Below, in pieces: positions 36,465-46,481 of a DNA stretch of 57,914 nucleotides. The DNA comes from a virus (lineage: Duplodnaviria; Caudoviricetes): positions 1 through 57,914 of the IMG/VR virus record IMGVR_UViG_3300044993_000054; one strand, written 5' to 3'. Under the pieces are notes generated by a model. That model was not told the DNA's origin. It searched no databases and saw only the letters and a program-made list of their open reading frames with translations. Numbering within the stretch: position 1 is the stretch's first letter; every line of letters starts with the position of its first letter. The translations under genes and the position numbers were made by a program.

Positions 36465-37342
36465 TTGAACAGACTCCCGCCATCCATCTCCCCTTCGCCC
36501 TGAAGGGGATACTGAAGAAGTCGGTCATTGCCGGGAACGTATGGAAACCCCTGAAAATTGAGGAGGTTGTTAAACTTGTCCCGACACGTGTCCAAGTCCT
36601 GCTTACACCCGGCGGTGATGGAGAAGGTATCCATTGAAAGAACAGGCGATGGCGGAACTTCCCAGAGCTGAATAGACGTTCCCGAGTGGTGTTTAACCTC
36701 AAAACTCAGTCCGTTGTTACTTCCCGAGGTGAAGGTTAGAAGTCCATGCGTAAACCAGTCATCAGCGTAGCCCCCAAGCCCAGATACAACCAGGTCGCGC
36801 CCGGAAGCGGAGGTGACGCTGCCTGTGCCCTGAAAGATCGGAGACGCAAGATTGACCTTGCAACGGTTATCCCCAAGAACCGCGTCACAGGTGCGCTGGT
36901 AGGTGCGCCCTGTCTTCTGAGCGAGCTTCTGGGATAGTGAGCGGAACTCTGCGCTGAATGCTGTCTCCTGACGCTTGACCTCCCCGATAAAGCCCCTAGA
37001 CAAAACTTGGTACATAGTCGGGTCAGCCCAGTTGACCCAGAGCAGCGTCACCTCCGCTCCATCGTAGACACCATTGGCGAGGTCATCTTCATTGATTGTG
37101 TCGCTGCTGATCGCCCCTTGCACGTCCAAGTTATCCACGGAAAGTCCAAGGGTTTGTGAAACCTGAGTAGCATTAAACCCAGAGCTGGCAAGATACGTTA
37201 GGCCATTGACAACAAGGTCGCGGTCATGTTCGGTAAAGCCTTGGATCACTCCATCCTGGCGCTCTACCCGCCAGCATAGACACATCGTAGTCGCGCCACT
37301 GTTGAGATGAGCCTGAAGAGCGGACGGAACAACCTTGCTCAC
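36461..37342 (-). CDS. GTA-like baseplate hub (DUF2163/BR0599)
   Basis: GFTEHDRDL, CDAVLGD..C, AGCKQ...C..KFNN..NFQGFPYVPG. Confidence 0.9.
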   Translation of the reverse strand: MSKVVPSALQAHLNSGATTMCLCWRVERQDGVIQGFTEHDRDLVVNGLTYLASSGFNATQVSQTLGLSVDNLDVQGAISSDTINEDDLANGVYDGAEVTLLWVNWADPTMYQVLSRGFIGEVKRQETAFSAEFRSLSQKLAQKTGRTYQRTCDAVLGDNRCKVNLASPIFQGTGSVTSASGRDLVVSGLGGYADDWFTHGLLTFTSGSNNGLSFEVKHHSGTSIQLWEVPPSPVLSMDTFSITAGCKQDLDTCRDKFNNLLNFQGFPYVPGNDRLLQYPLQGEGEMDGGSLFN

Positions 37343-37977
37343 ACCCTGATCTCCACAATGTCAATAGCCTGTATTGCCCCCGCCTCAAAGGCATCCACGC
37401 TCACATTCAGATAGTCGATGTCAAACCGGACAGGAACATCGAACTCAAAGCCCGCTGTTACTGACTGACCTGGAGCTGGAATGTTCCCGGGCGTAAAGGT
37501 TATGACGCCCGTAGTATAGTTGATGTTGTAGTGCGTTCCTTCCGTACGCGCCGCCCCATCCACTCCAACCAACACTGTCCCCTGAACAGGCTTCTTGATA
37601 GTGCGGACATACGTTTGGGAGCCGGAAATGTAACGCTTGATCAGTTGAAACGATGCTTGACTCCCGTTCCCGACACCCAACAATTGATCATCCCGAGTGA
37701 CAATGGAGCGCGGCTGTTTGGAGCGGTAGTCAGTCCAGTCTTTCCACCTAAAGCCGAACAGCCGCCCGCTCCTGGCCTCAAAGAACTCGATGACGGCATA
37801 CAAATCGTTGACGTTGCGCAATCCAAGACTTGCGTCATACTTGCGACGGGAATGGGCCCAGATGCTGTTCCTCTGCTCGAAGCCCGAGCGAAGGGTGACA
37901 ATATCGGTGCGCCGCTCAGGGCCACCGGCGGACCCTTTGCTGATATCAGTCGGAAACTGGACCTCATGAAAGCTCAA
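37339..37977 (-). CDS. GTA-like distal tail protein (DUF2460)
   Basis: MSFHEVQFP, GGPERRT, FFEAR.G...GFRWKD, AGFEFDVPVRF. Confidence 0.92.
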   Translation of the reverse strand: MSFHEVQFPTDISKGSAGGPERRTDIVTLRSGFEQRNSIWAHSRRKYDASLGLRNVNDLYAVIEFFEARSGRLFGFRWKDWTDYRSKQPRSIVTRDDQLLGVGNGSQASFQLIKRYISGSQTYVRTIKKPVQGTVLVGVDGAARTEGTHYNINYTTGVITFTPGNIPAPGQSVTAGFEFDVPVRFDIDYLNVSVDAFEAGAIQAIDIVEIRV

Positions 37978-40820
37978 AGGTTCCGTCTCCCGCGTTGTTG
38001 CATCCGAGCGAGACGCGCCGCAATCTGTGTCTCGCTCCGCCGGAAGCTCTCAACGTCTTGAGCATAGACGTTGAACACGATTTGTTGGCGGGATGAAGTA
38101 TCCCTTTCATCCTCACCCGGGCGTTTGATCTGAACCCGTTCCCCCGGGGAAGCCCGGAAGGCAACCAGCTGGCTGTCCACTCCACCTTGTCCCCCAACGG
38201 TAAACCCTCCGCCAGTCGCAAACCCGATACCGCCGAAGATACCCCTAAACAGACTGCCGAAGAAGCCAAACCCTCCGCCACCGCCTCCGCTGAAAAGCGA
38301 GCTGAAGATGGATCCCAGACCCGAGAGAAGATTACCGAAGATGCTCTGTAGACCTCCCAGAAACTGACCGAAGATGCCCGGGGTCTGAGCAATGGACCCT
38401 GCCGCCGTCTGAGCTGCGCTTGCCGCCTGATTAGCCGCCCCGGAGGCTGCCGCTAGCTGGGCACCGATGCCTCCTCCGCCGATCCCAGCCGCCGATCCCA
38501 GAGCCGCTGCCGCACTGGATAGCGCAGCAGCGGAGCCATTGAGGGCAGCAGCAGAAGCATTTAGAGCCTGCGCCCCGTTCCCTCCGCCTGCAAGCCCTGA
38601 CAGGTCGATACCTAGAACGCCCCCGAGCCACCCCGCAATTGGTTTGATGATGTTCTGCTGGATGTTCATTCGGGCTATGTCCTCAATAATGGAGGATACT
38701 AGGCTCTTAAAGTCCAGCTTTCCAGTCATCACGAAGTTTGCAAGGGCATCCTCCGCTGCCTTAAAGGCCCTTGTCAGAACATTTTCGATTTGAGCAGCAA
38801 TGTTAGAGGCGTCCTGATAAACCTTGAGCAGTCCCCGTTCCATCCCTGCCGTGAACGTGTTTTGAGTTTCCAGGAATGCGATACGGAGCTCCATCCACTT
38901 GTCTGTGTACTCCTGAAGAGTGATAGCCCCGGCTTGAAGTAGGGTCTGAAGAGCTTGAACGTCCCCCATGTAGTCATTAAGAGGTCCCTTGATGTCTTCC
39001 AACAAGGAACGCATCCTTTCAAGCTGATCGTTCAGTCGGTCGCCACCTCCGCGCCCTCCCGTTCCAGGATTGTTACCAAGTCCAGGTCCGTTCCCCGTTG
39101 GATCAAAGGTGTCCGCAGCTTCCGCAGCAATCCTAGCTTCGGCAATCTCGCGGGCACGATTCATAATCGCCCCAAGAGCGTTGCCAACGTAGTCTACGCC
39201 GAAGGCTCCAACAAAGGCTTCCGTGAAGGCTTCTCCTACTTCGGCCCCTGCTCCAGTAACCTCCAATTTCCATTCAGACAGATTAGCTTCCGGGATCAGA
39301 CTGATCTGGCCGCTGAAGCCGAACCACTCTGCCGCTTTATCTGCCCCAATAAAGGAAAGAATATCGTTGATCCCTTCTATGATCTTGTTCAGAGCTTTCA
39401 CTGCTCCGTTTGCAAGTGACTCCATACCATCAATGAAGAAGTTAGCAATCTTCGCCCCCAAATCCTTAAAGAAGGAGGGGAGCTTATCCCAAATGGCGAC
39501 GATGCCAGTGTAGCCACCTACCCAAATGGCGATGTAAGTGTTAATAGCGTCCTTCACAAAATCAACGATGCCGCTAAGAATGTTGGTTACAGTACCCAGA
39601 AAACCAGTGAATCTATCCCGAACAGCATTGGTTCCGTCCGTCCAGGCTTTTTTGAAAAAGTCTACCACAGGACTAATGAGATCACTAATAAAGCCGAACA
39701 CTGCGCGGAATACGTCACCAAGAGAAACCACGCCGTCCGCTGTTACGCTGATCTCATCGCGGAAGATGTAAAGAGAACTGATGATGGTTGTGAGGGAAAC
39801 TAGAAGAAGCCCAAGCGGGTTAGCGGCGATTGCGGCGGTAAGCGCACGCACACCGCCCTGCGCCATCTTCAGGGCAGCACTGAAAAGGGCAGAGGCGGTG
39901 GACGTGGCCCCCAAGGCCATCTCAAGGGCGATGACCTGAGAGACAGTAGCGGCGATGGATGTGATAAGGGACGCGGTAAACATCGCAGCGAAGGCGGTTG
40001 CTACGACAGCTGCAATCCCCGCGAGAGTTTCCAGGTTCTGGGCGAGGAACAAAATGGCAGAAGCGAGCCCCTGGGTGATACCTAGGCTTTGATCAATTTC
40101 CCCGAGAAGTCGCATGAAACTGTCGCTAAGGACCTGAATGCTATCTCCCACAGTCGGGGCCATTTGCGCGAACTCCGCCGCAATCTCAGGTGCCGCTTTC
40201 TGGATAGCGTCAACCACCTCCTGGGAGGTGATCCGGCCCTGCTCCCCGAGTTTCCGCAATTGCCCAATAGGCACCCCGAGCCCATCGGCAATTGCCCGTG
40301 CGAGACGGGGAGCGTTCTCAAGGATAGCGTTGAGCTCCTCGCCCCGAAGAACGCCCGAACCCATTGCCTGCGCCAGCTGAAGGGTTGCGCTAGCTGCCTC
40401 CTGCGCGGTTGCCCCGCTGACACGAAGGGACTGGTTGATAGTTTCGGTGATACCGATAAGCTGTTGTTGCGACAATCCTAGCTGACTTGCCGACCTCGCC
40501 ACTCTGGCGTACAGACTCACTGTGGCTTCATAGCTGGAACGGGTCCGCCGCGCGCTCTCAAACAGCTCATCGTTGACGCGGGTCAGGTTAGAGGTTCCCG
40601 AAGTCACCAGTCGGAGACGGTTGAGGATCAGGGTGTAGGTATCCGCGAGACGAATGAGTTGCGCAATCCCAAGACCTATCCCAAGGGTGGCAAGTGCCCT
40701 CTGCAGGAACTGTACACCTGACGCCGCCCCTCGGGCAGAACTGCCGAGGTCCTCCAGATTGCGCTTTACAACCCGGGAGCCGCGCTCAGATACGATGATG
40801 TCGATACGTTCCGTGGTCAC
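37974..40820 (-). CDS. Tape measure protein
   Basis: QLAQAMGSGVLRGEELNAILEN tape-measure motif; Ala/Gly-rich; follows the chaperones. Confidence 0.92.
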   Translation of the reverse strand: MTTERIDIIVSERGSRVVKRNLEDLGSSARGAASGVQFLQRALATLGIGLGIAQLIRLADTYTLILNRLRLVTSGTSNLTRVNDELFESARRTRSSYEATVSLYARVARSASQLGLSQQQLIGITETINQSLRVSGATAQEAASATLQLAQAMGSGVLRGEELNAILENAPRLARAIADGLGVPIGQLRKLGEQGRITSQEVVDAIQKAAPEIAAEFAQMAPTVGDSIQVLSDSFMRLLGEIDQSLGITQGLASAILFLAQNLETLAGIAAVVATAFAAMFTASLITSIAATVSQVIALEMALGATSTASALFSAALKMAQGGVRALTAAIAANPLGLLLVSLTTIISSLYIFRDEISVTADGVVSLGDVFRAVFGFISDLISPVVDFFKKAWTDGTNAVRDRFTGFLGTVTNILSGIVDFVKDAINTYIAIWVGGYTGIVAIWDKLPSFFKDLGAKIANFFIDGMESLANGAVKALNKIIEGINDILSFIGADKAAEWFGFSGQISLIPEANLSEWKLEVTGAGAEVGEAFTEAFVGAFGVDYVGNALGAIMNRAREIAEARIAAEAADTFDPTGNGPGLGNNPGTGGRGGGDRLNDQLERMRSLLEDIKGPLNDYMGDVQALQTLLQAGAITLQEYTDKWMELRIAFLETQNTFTAGMERGLLKVYQDASNIAAQIENVLTRAFKAAEDALANFVMTGKLDFKSLVSSIIEDIARMNIQQNIIKPIAGWLGGVLGIDLSGLAGGGNGAQALNASAAALNGSAAALSSAAAALGSAAGIGGGGIGAQLAAASGAANQAASAAQTAAGSIAQTPGIFGQFLGGLQSIFGNLLSGLGSIFSSLFSGGGGGGFGFFGSLFRGIFGGIGFATGGGFTVGGQGGVDSQLVAFRASPGERVQIKRPGEDERDTSSRQQIVFNVYAQDVESFRRSETQIAARLARMQQRGRRNL

Positions 40821-41254
40821 CGCACAAACCCGACTTTTCTGACCTCACGCACTCCTGATTGAACAGCTTTCTCGACAAAGCCTGCTGGGGCTTGGGCGGA
40901 ATAACCATCATTCAACCTCCCAATGTACGGGAGGTTGTTGCTGATAGCAATGGCTGAGTCTCGAAGTCCGTTGTACTGGGCGATAGCTGCCTGCCCTTGG
41001 GCTAGGGCAGCTGCCGCATTTGCTCCGGCGGTAGAACCTCCTACACCAGGGGCATAGGGATCAACAGTTGTGCGGGATGGAGCCCCGATGGATACAATCC
41101 AGTTAGAACGGGCACGGCCCGTATCCACCGGGGTAGCCATCACAACTGTCTGATCTACGGCCAGTGCGGTCGCACGAACAGCAACGTCAGCGCGCTCGGC
41201 CACCTGAGCCCCGATCTCCATGATGCGCTTGCTGAACTGTTCCAGGGTCGCCAC
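40817..41254 (-). CDS. HK97 gp10-like tail completion protein
   Basis: TPVDTGRARSNW, NNLPYI..LN.GYS.QAPAGFV. Confidence 0.85.
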   Translation of the reverse strand: MATLEQFSKRIMEIGAQVAERADVAVRATALAVDQTVVMATPVDTGRARSNWIVSIGAPSRTTVDPYAPGVGGSTAGANAAAALAQGQAAIAQYNGLRDSAIAISNNLPYIGRLNDGYSAQAPAGFVEKAVQSGVREVRKVGFVR

Positions 41255-41591
41255 CCGTCTTGCTCCTCATATGTTTCAGGAACTCATCATCCAGAGCCCT
41301 GATCATTTTCACCAGGTAGTCCCGACCTTCCTCATCAAACCCGTGTGCGAGTGCGTAACAATCAATTGCCGTCCAAGGTATTGGTCCCGGAACGCCCTCC
41401 AGACCGATGTAAGGGCGACATGTACTGAGCTCCTGAAAGGCTTCGTAAAACAGCTCAAGACCCGGGAGGAGGACAGGGGCATTGCGAATGAACTCCGGCG
41501 GTTCCAAGCCCCGCTTGTATGCCGCTTCAATGATCCTTCGTTCTGCTTTCCCATGCTCCAGATCATACCGGAGGACCTCTTTCAGTTTCCC
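41187..41591 (-). CDS. Tail assembly chaperone C-terminal extension (-1 frame)
   Basis: Frame open from the slippery site through LKEVLRY...EPPEFIR...GPIPWTAI..YA...IRALDDEFL. Confidence 0.75.
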   Translation of the reverse strand, partial: GKLKEVLRYDLEHGKAERRIIEAAYKRGLEPPEFIRNAPVLLPGLELFYEAFQELSTCRPYIGLEGVPGPIPWTAIDCYALAHGFDEEGRDYLVKMIRALDDEFLKHMRSKTGGDPGTVQQAHHGDRGSGGRAR

Positions 41592-42034
41592 GCGTCCACC
41601 TCCGTAGCGTCATCGAGAAACAGCCCAATTTTCATTGACTGTTCACGCACGTCAATGAAAAGATCAGGAAGATCGGTGAACAGTTGAATGCAGTTGGCAA
41701 CGCTGAAAGGGAACGCTTCCCCCTTGTAGGGGATGAGGTTGTCCCCCAGCGGACTATCCCACCCCAGCACGATGCTTTCGGCCCAGACCTCGCGGGTCAC
41801 CTTTTCAGCCACGCGGTTGTCCAGCGTATCGTTGGCCATAGCGCGCCGATAAGGCTTCATCTTCGCCTCAAACAACTGCTTGAACCTCTGGTTGGTTGCT
41901 CCCGCTCGCGTTACCTTAATGCGAAAGTCCCCGTAGTCCAGCCAGACACCTTCCTGCTCCAGCTTCTCGCTGGGCTTGAAAAGTGCCTCCGGTCCTTTCA
42001 GACCTTTGGCGTTAACATTGGTTTTTGTTGCCAT
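41582..42034 (-). CDS. Tail assembly chaperone
   Basis: Between the major tail and tape measure genes; ends GCG GGA AAC TGA. Confidence 0.8.
   Translation of the reverse strand: MATKTNVNAKGLKGPEALFKPSEKLEQEGVWLDYGDFRIKVTRAGATNQRFKQLFEAKMKPYRRAMANDTLDNRVAEKVTREVWAESIVLGWDSPLGDNLIPYKGEAFPFSVANCIQLFTDLPDLFIDVREQSMKIGLFLDDATEVDAGN
41585..41591 (-). other. -1 programmed frameshift site G GGA AAC
   Basis: X XXY YYZ heptamer immediately before the chaperone stop; the -1 frame is open. Confidence 0.8.
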
Positions 42035-42046
42035 TTTATCGTCTCC

Positions 42047-43495
42047 TTACTCTGCCAACGTGGGGAGATAGTGGAAGCACGCCGCCAGAATGGTATGAAG
42101 GAGGGTCGGATGCTGAGCCCCCTCCATAGTCAGCGGCAGCTTAATCTCGGTATCCTTCTCCACAGTCAGCCGCCCATCCCCGAGAGTAATCAACGGGACA
42201 TCGAACAACCAGCCAGCGTTCTTCTTGACCAAAGCAAAGTCCAGAGACACGTCAGCGTTGTTACGAACAGCCGTGACCGCATCTGTGCTGGCAAAGTAGG
42301 CTGTCACCGAGCCTGCTCCCACGAAGTCTCCGGCGGTAGCGTCAAACGCCCCGAGTACAGAAATGGACTTGGACGGTTTCACGTTGTTGTTGATCGTGAG
42401 ATTCAACTCAGTGAGGTAGGTGAACAGAGTTGCAGCGGACGTGTCATCAAGCATCCGCAGTCGGGAGAAGTCGCTGGAGCTGTTGAATGCCGGCTCATCG
42501 GGAAGGTCAGGCCGCGTTCCGCTCTTGGGCGAGTTTGCGGCAGTGAACTCCTCATCAATCCCGATGAAGCCCATTTCCACCGTCACCTTGTCCGCCGTGG
42601 AAACCTTGATCTCCAGCGTATTCGGAACGCAACCTTTCACATACTGGAAACCAGCCGTGTCCAGGCTCCGCTCCATCTGGTAGCTGCGCCGCTTGATGAG
42701 CGCGGGGTCATCTTCCGAGCGGATCACATCCCCAAAGAACAGGCGAATAGTCTTGCCGGCTCCCGTCTCAACCGCCCAGGTTCCGGGCGTCCGGTCCAGA
42801 ACCAGCGAGTTGGCCGACACGGAAAGAACGCGAGCAAACCCGTTCAAAGCGGAGTTGTTGAAGCGTTGCGCCGCGAGGTCCCCGCCAATGAAGATCCACT
42901 CGCCCGGGATGATGCCAAGTGTAGTGAAGTTGAGGTTGGTGGAAGTCAGACGGTTGGGGTTAGTCGCCGCGCTGATGTCACCAGACGCTCCCTGGATGCC
43001 AACCTGACGAATGGTCGCGCCAGATGGAGGGGTTTCAGCCGTAAGACCAGCGCACGACACCGTGGTAAGGGTCGCGGCAGTAACAACCTTCAACCCGTTG
43101 TTGCCGGTGAGGTTGAACCCCTTCGCGTGGATGAGACCATTGACCACGAAGCCAGAAGTGGACGGGAAAGTGTACTGGGTACCGCTGACCGCGCTCGGGA
43201 CTGCCGTGGGCTTCTTGCGCCAATCCGCGAAAAAGAAACCTTGCATGAGCTCATAAAGACTTTCCTGAACGAAGTCACTTTGAAAGCTCACCGTGGCATC
43301 AAGGTCCGTCACCATCCCCTTTCGCCGCTGACGCGAGGAGTTGATGGGATTGCGCGCGACTGTGGTGATCTCGGCCCCAAATTCGCCGTAGCTGTTCGGC
43401 TCAAGTGGCAGCCAAACTGGCGAGGAGGGTAGCACTCCGATACTCTGTTCCTCTGCGAAGCGGAGGCCTGTCGAATTGCTGTCAATCTTGCTCAT
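42047..43495 (-). CDS. Major tail (tube) protein
   Basis: 482 aa; LEPNSY..FG...VARNPI..SRQRRKG motif; position in the tail module. Confidence 0.8.
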   Translation of the reverse strand: MSKIDSNSTGLRFAEEQSIGVLPSSPVWLPLEPNSYGEFGAEITTVARNPINSSRQRRKGMVTDLDATVSFQSDFVQESLYELMQGFFFADWRKKPTAVPSAVSGTQYTFPSTSGFVVNGLIHAKGFNLTGNNGLKVVTAATLTTVSCAGLTAETPPSGATIRQVGIQGASGDISAATNPNRLTSTNLNFTTLGIIPGEWIFIGGDLAAQRFNNSALNGFARVLSVSANSLVLDRTPGTWAVETGAGKTIRLFFGDVIRSEDDPALIKRRSYQMERSLDTAGFQYVKGCVPNTLEIKVSTADKVTVEMGFIGIDEEFTAANSPKSGTRPDLPDEPAFNSSSDFSRLRMLDDTSAATLFTYLTELNLTINNNVKPSKSISVLGAFDATAGDFVGAGSVTAYFASTDAVTAVRNNADVSLDFALVKKNAGWLFDVPLITLGDGRLTVEKDTEIKLPLTMEGAQHPTLLHTILAACFHYLPTLAE

Positions 43496-43507
43496 GTTTG
43501 ACCCCTC

Positions 43508-43960
43508 TTACTTGAGCTCATCATAGTTGAATTTGGCCGTAACGTTAAGCTGCCACCATGGTTCATCCGGCCCAACTTCTTGTAGCCGTACGTCACGAAA
43601 CCACACACCAGAAGGTGTGGACCTACCTTCAAAGGCATCGCGGGCAATCTCGCCCAGAGCCTCCAGAAGCGTACCCCCCTGATCGGACCTTTGAGGAGTG
43701 AATACTTGGACAGTGACTACTCCCTCCCGATCAAAAAGGCGGTTGCCCGGTTCCCCGAAGGTTGCCTGACCGCCCTCATTGTGATCCACTGTGATCCGCG
43801 CCCAGGCTTCCGTGCTCTTGGGCTTCTGAGCGCTGGAAGGTTCTACCCTCTGCCAAATGACTTTGGGCAACGTCCCGCCGTTGACCGTCGCAGCGCGACT
43901 GTTCCATTCATCCCGGAAAGCCTTCATGATTTCATCGCGGGCTTGACTAAGGGTAGTCAT
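43508..43960 (-). CDS. Tail terminator-like protein
   Basis: WARI...G...VQVFTP, WWQLNV...F.YD pattern and synteny. Confidence 0.65.
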   Translation of the reverse strand: MTTLSQARDEIMKAFRDEWNSRAATVNGGTLPKVIWQRVEPSSAQKPKSTEAWARITVDHNEGGQATFGEPGNRLFDREGVVTVQVFTPQRSDQGGTLLEALGEIARDAFEGRSTPSGVWFRDVRLQEVGPDEPWWQLNVTAKFNYDELK

Positions 43961-44340
43961 CGCCTCACCTGCATGCTATGAAGAACCGGAACGCCCCCAG
44001 GCTCCAGCGTCCGCCGGTTGATGATAGTCCAGGGCTCCTCCCCGCTAAACACCAGAGTATCCCGAAGGTTGGGCGTGGTCGTAAGCCCAGAAGCGGGCAT
44101 CAGGGCGAGCTTGTCCCCCACTTGAACTTCGGTGCCCGGAATGTAGTGATCTCCAAGGTCCCCGAAGTCCAGCAGAACGGCATGCCCGGACACACTTGTG
44201 AACCCAGCCTGTCCCGTCCTCCAGGGCTTCTGTGTATCTGGCACCGGTGCATCAGAGAAGTGGCGGAGAACGACAGGGCGTCCTTTCTTCTTGATGAGTC
44301 TTAGCGCGAGTGCTAGCGCATTGTCGTACTCACCCATCAC
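43957..44340 (-). CDS. Head closure/head-tail joining protein
   Basis: RLIKKKGR start pattern and synteny. Confidence 0.6.
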   Translation of the reverse strand: MMGEYDNALALALRLIKKKGRPVVLRHFSDAPVPDTQKPWRTGQAGFTSVSGHAVLLDFGDLGDHYIPGTEVQVGDKLALMPASGLTTTPNLRDTLVFSGEEPWTIINRRTLEPGGVPVLHSMQVRR

Positions 44341-44852
44341 GCCCTCGCTCCGGTCAGGCCAGTACGAATGAGACCGGCAGCAGCTAGTATCCGGTCAACT
44401 GCAGGGTATTCCGGGAACGTGAAAGCTCCTCCTGCCGCATAGGACACGGTTTCACTGATGGGGCCAACGCTTTCGCTCTTGCTTAAGACGGTGCGACCAG
44501 TCGCATCCCGTTCTGGATCGGGCATGAGCGAAGCGGAGCGGGCACGATTAGCCAACTCCGCGACTGCGTGTTTGACTGCTTTCGGAATACCGCTGATGAG
44601 ATACCCGTCACGGTCATAGGCATCGCGTCTCGGCCACTCTGTATCCTGGGCGCTGTTGCGACGATAGCCCAGGAAGGTGTACCGGGTGTCAAGGTACTGA
44701 GTAGCCTGGATGATAGCTGCCTCCAGCACAGCGTCACTCACCGCCGTAAGGTCAGTGCCTCGGTCGGCCATATACGCTCGGACAAAAGAAACAGAGACGT
44801 AGGCATTCGCGCCCACCACTGATCCATTGTCGTTCTGGAGAGTGAAGGCCAT
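44337..44852 (-). CDS. Head-tail adaptor (DnaT-like family)
   Basis: GANAYVSV, ATQYLD, Q..EWPR, IP..VK.A..ELA, VGPI. Confidence 0.75.
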   Translation of the reverse strand: MAFTLQNDNGSVVGANAYVSVSFVRAYMADRGTDLTAVSDAVLEAAIIQATQYLDTRYTFLGYRRNSAQDTEWPRRDAYDRDGYLISGIPKAVKHAVAELANRARSASLMPDPERDATGRTVLSKSESVGPISETVSYAAGGAFTFPEYPAVDRILAAAGLIRTGLTGARA

Positions 44853-44855
44853 TCG

Positions 44856-44894
44856 TTACTTGCCCTTACCCTTGCCCTTCTTCTTCGCAGACAT
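44856..44894 (-). CDS. 12-aa basic micropeptide MSAKKKGKGKGK
   Basis: AAAGGAGG Shine-Dalgarno 6 nt before the ATG; TAA 3 nt before the adaptor ATG. Confidence 0.5.
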   Translation of the reverse strand: MSAKKKGKGKGK

Positions 44895-44930
44895 GGACCG
44901 CCTCCTTTCAAAATGTTGGAATCAGCGTGG

Positions 44931-45482
44931 TTAGACCCGACCACGGACCTTTTCCCGGGTTAGACCCGGGGCGACAGCCTCCACCTGGGCTCTGGTCACA
45001 TCAGTCCGGCCCAGGAAGGCTTCCACGGCGGACATTCTGGGTTTGCCATCCGCGTTCCAGTGACTGTCGTTGTGTGGGTCAAGTTGTTTCAACGCTTCAG
45101 CAATGGACCGTGCGCCGTTCCCAGGGGCATCTTCTTCCCCGGCTTTCCGGGCATCATCTTGCTGGCCTCGGCTGCCGTCATGAGCTTCCGTGGCGATGGA
45201 AAGTCCTTCACCAGCTCCGCCCGCATTGTCTTCGGTCCTGTTCGGATCAGTCTTACCACCGCCATTTCTGAGCCCCTCCTGTGCAGCCCGAAGCTCAGCA
45301 GAACCCTCGGGAAAAGCCTGATAGCAGCGGCCCAGGTAAGCGATGACCCCCGCGAGTTGTGTTGGGGTGCCAGTCAGCTCCATCTTACCGCCCGTGAATT
45401 TGTACTTGGTCATACCCGCGTCAAAGACAATGTCCTTTCCCGCGTGGGTTCCGACCAGCACCATTGTCGTAGTCTGCGACAT
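44931..45482 (-). CDS. Hypothetical virion-module protein
   Basis: 183-aa ORF after the MCP with AAGGAG RBS; C-terminal LDP..D.HW..DGKP pattern. Confidence 0.65.
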   Translation of the reverse strand: MSQTTTMVLVGTHAGKDIVFDAGMTKYKFTGGKMELTGTPTQLAGVIAYLGRCYQAFPEGSAELRAAQEGLRNGGGKTDPNRTEDNAGGAGEGLSIATEAHDGSRGQQDDARKAGEEDAPGNGARSIAEALKQLDPHNDSHWNADGKPRMSAVEAFLGRTDVTRAQVEAVAPGLTREKVRGRV

Positions 45483-45502
45483 AGTGATCTCCTTAGCAAG
45501 AA

Positions 45503-45529
45503 CGCCCGCCCCTTGGTTAAGGGCGGGCG
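45503..45529 (-). terminator. Intrinsic terminator after the major capsid gene
   Basis: CGCCCGCCC...GGGCGGGCG stem followed by TTCTT on the minus strand. Confidence 0.65.
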
Positions 45530-45560
45530 CTCCTTAGCCTTCAGGCTGAGGCGCTCCGCC

Positions 45561-46481
45561 TCAGTTGGTGATACCGTCCGCCGCAGCCAGTCCCTTCTCG
45601 CTGAACAGCGCAAGCCCGCAATACCACTTGATCCGGGTGATGGTTTCGTCCCGATTTTCGCTTTCACCAACGGGCACCACCTGGATACCGGCAGCCTGAA
45701 GAGCGGTCAGTCCCGCAATGCCGTGCATGCGCGTGCCATCGTCCAGCGTCCCCGCGAAGATGGTGGTCTGGTTGGAGCCGGTTCCCTTCACCTGGTTGAT
45801 GGGGTTCCAGTCGTTGCGGAAGATCGGCACACCCCTGTAGGCAGGGACTTCGCGCCCCGAAGGCAACTGAACCACTTCGTTGACGCTCGCCCCGCCCAGA
45901 CCGCGCAACAGCGCCATGTAGGACCGGATGGTGCGAGAGTGCATCATGAAATAGTCAACTTCCCCGTCCTTGTCCGTGACAAGGTCAATGAGCTCATCCA
46001 GCACCAGGAAGTCCAAAGCCTTTCCGTTGGGCCCGGTATTGGCCTTTTGGCTTGCCGCGCACAACAGGAGAAGACCCGCGAACTGGTCAGAGTTGCCTGT
46101 CCCGTTCACCAACATGTCCTGGTAGCGCCGCCCCACAGACTTCGCCTTGGATGCGATCTGGATGGCCTCCTGATCATTACCATCGCCAGAGCGAGTAGCC
46201 TTGATCAGACCGTTGACCTCGGCATCGCCGATGATCGTGGTCAGCGTGCTGGTTACCTGAGTGAAGGTCGCGGGAGCCTTGGCAGTGATGGTACCGCCAA
46301 CGCCAAGCACCTGCGTGTCGCCCAGGACGTTCTCGCGGTTGTAAGCGAGGGCGTTGCCTTCGATACCGTCAAACGGCAGAATGTCGAAGAACGGATTGAC
46401 GGTGATGACATTCTCGATGACGCCAGCCACCAGCTCATCCTGAGCGAGCTTAGCGGACTCAGCGAGGGTAACAGACGGCAT
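45561..46481 (-). CDS. Major capsid protein (HK97 fold)
   Basis: 306 aa; VTLAESAKL, LPF..IEGNAL.YNRE, YRGVPI, RIKWYCGLA; follows the scaffold. Confidence 0.88.
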   Translation of the reverse strand: MPSVTLAESAKLAQDELVAGVIENVITVNPFFDILPFDGIEGNALAYNRENVLGDTQVLGVGGTITAKAPATFTQVTSTLTTIIGDAEVNGLIKATRSGDGNDQEAIQIASKAKSVGRRYQDMLVNGTGNSDQFAGLLLLCAASQKANTGPNGKALDFLVLDELIDLVTDKDGEVDYFMMHSRTIRSYMALLRGLGGASVNEVVQLPSGREVPAYRGVPIFRNDWNPINQVKGTGSNQTTIFAGTLDDGTRMHGIAGLTALQAAGIQVVPVGESENRDETITRIKWYCGLALFSEKGLAAADGITN

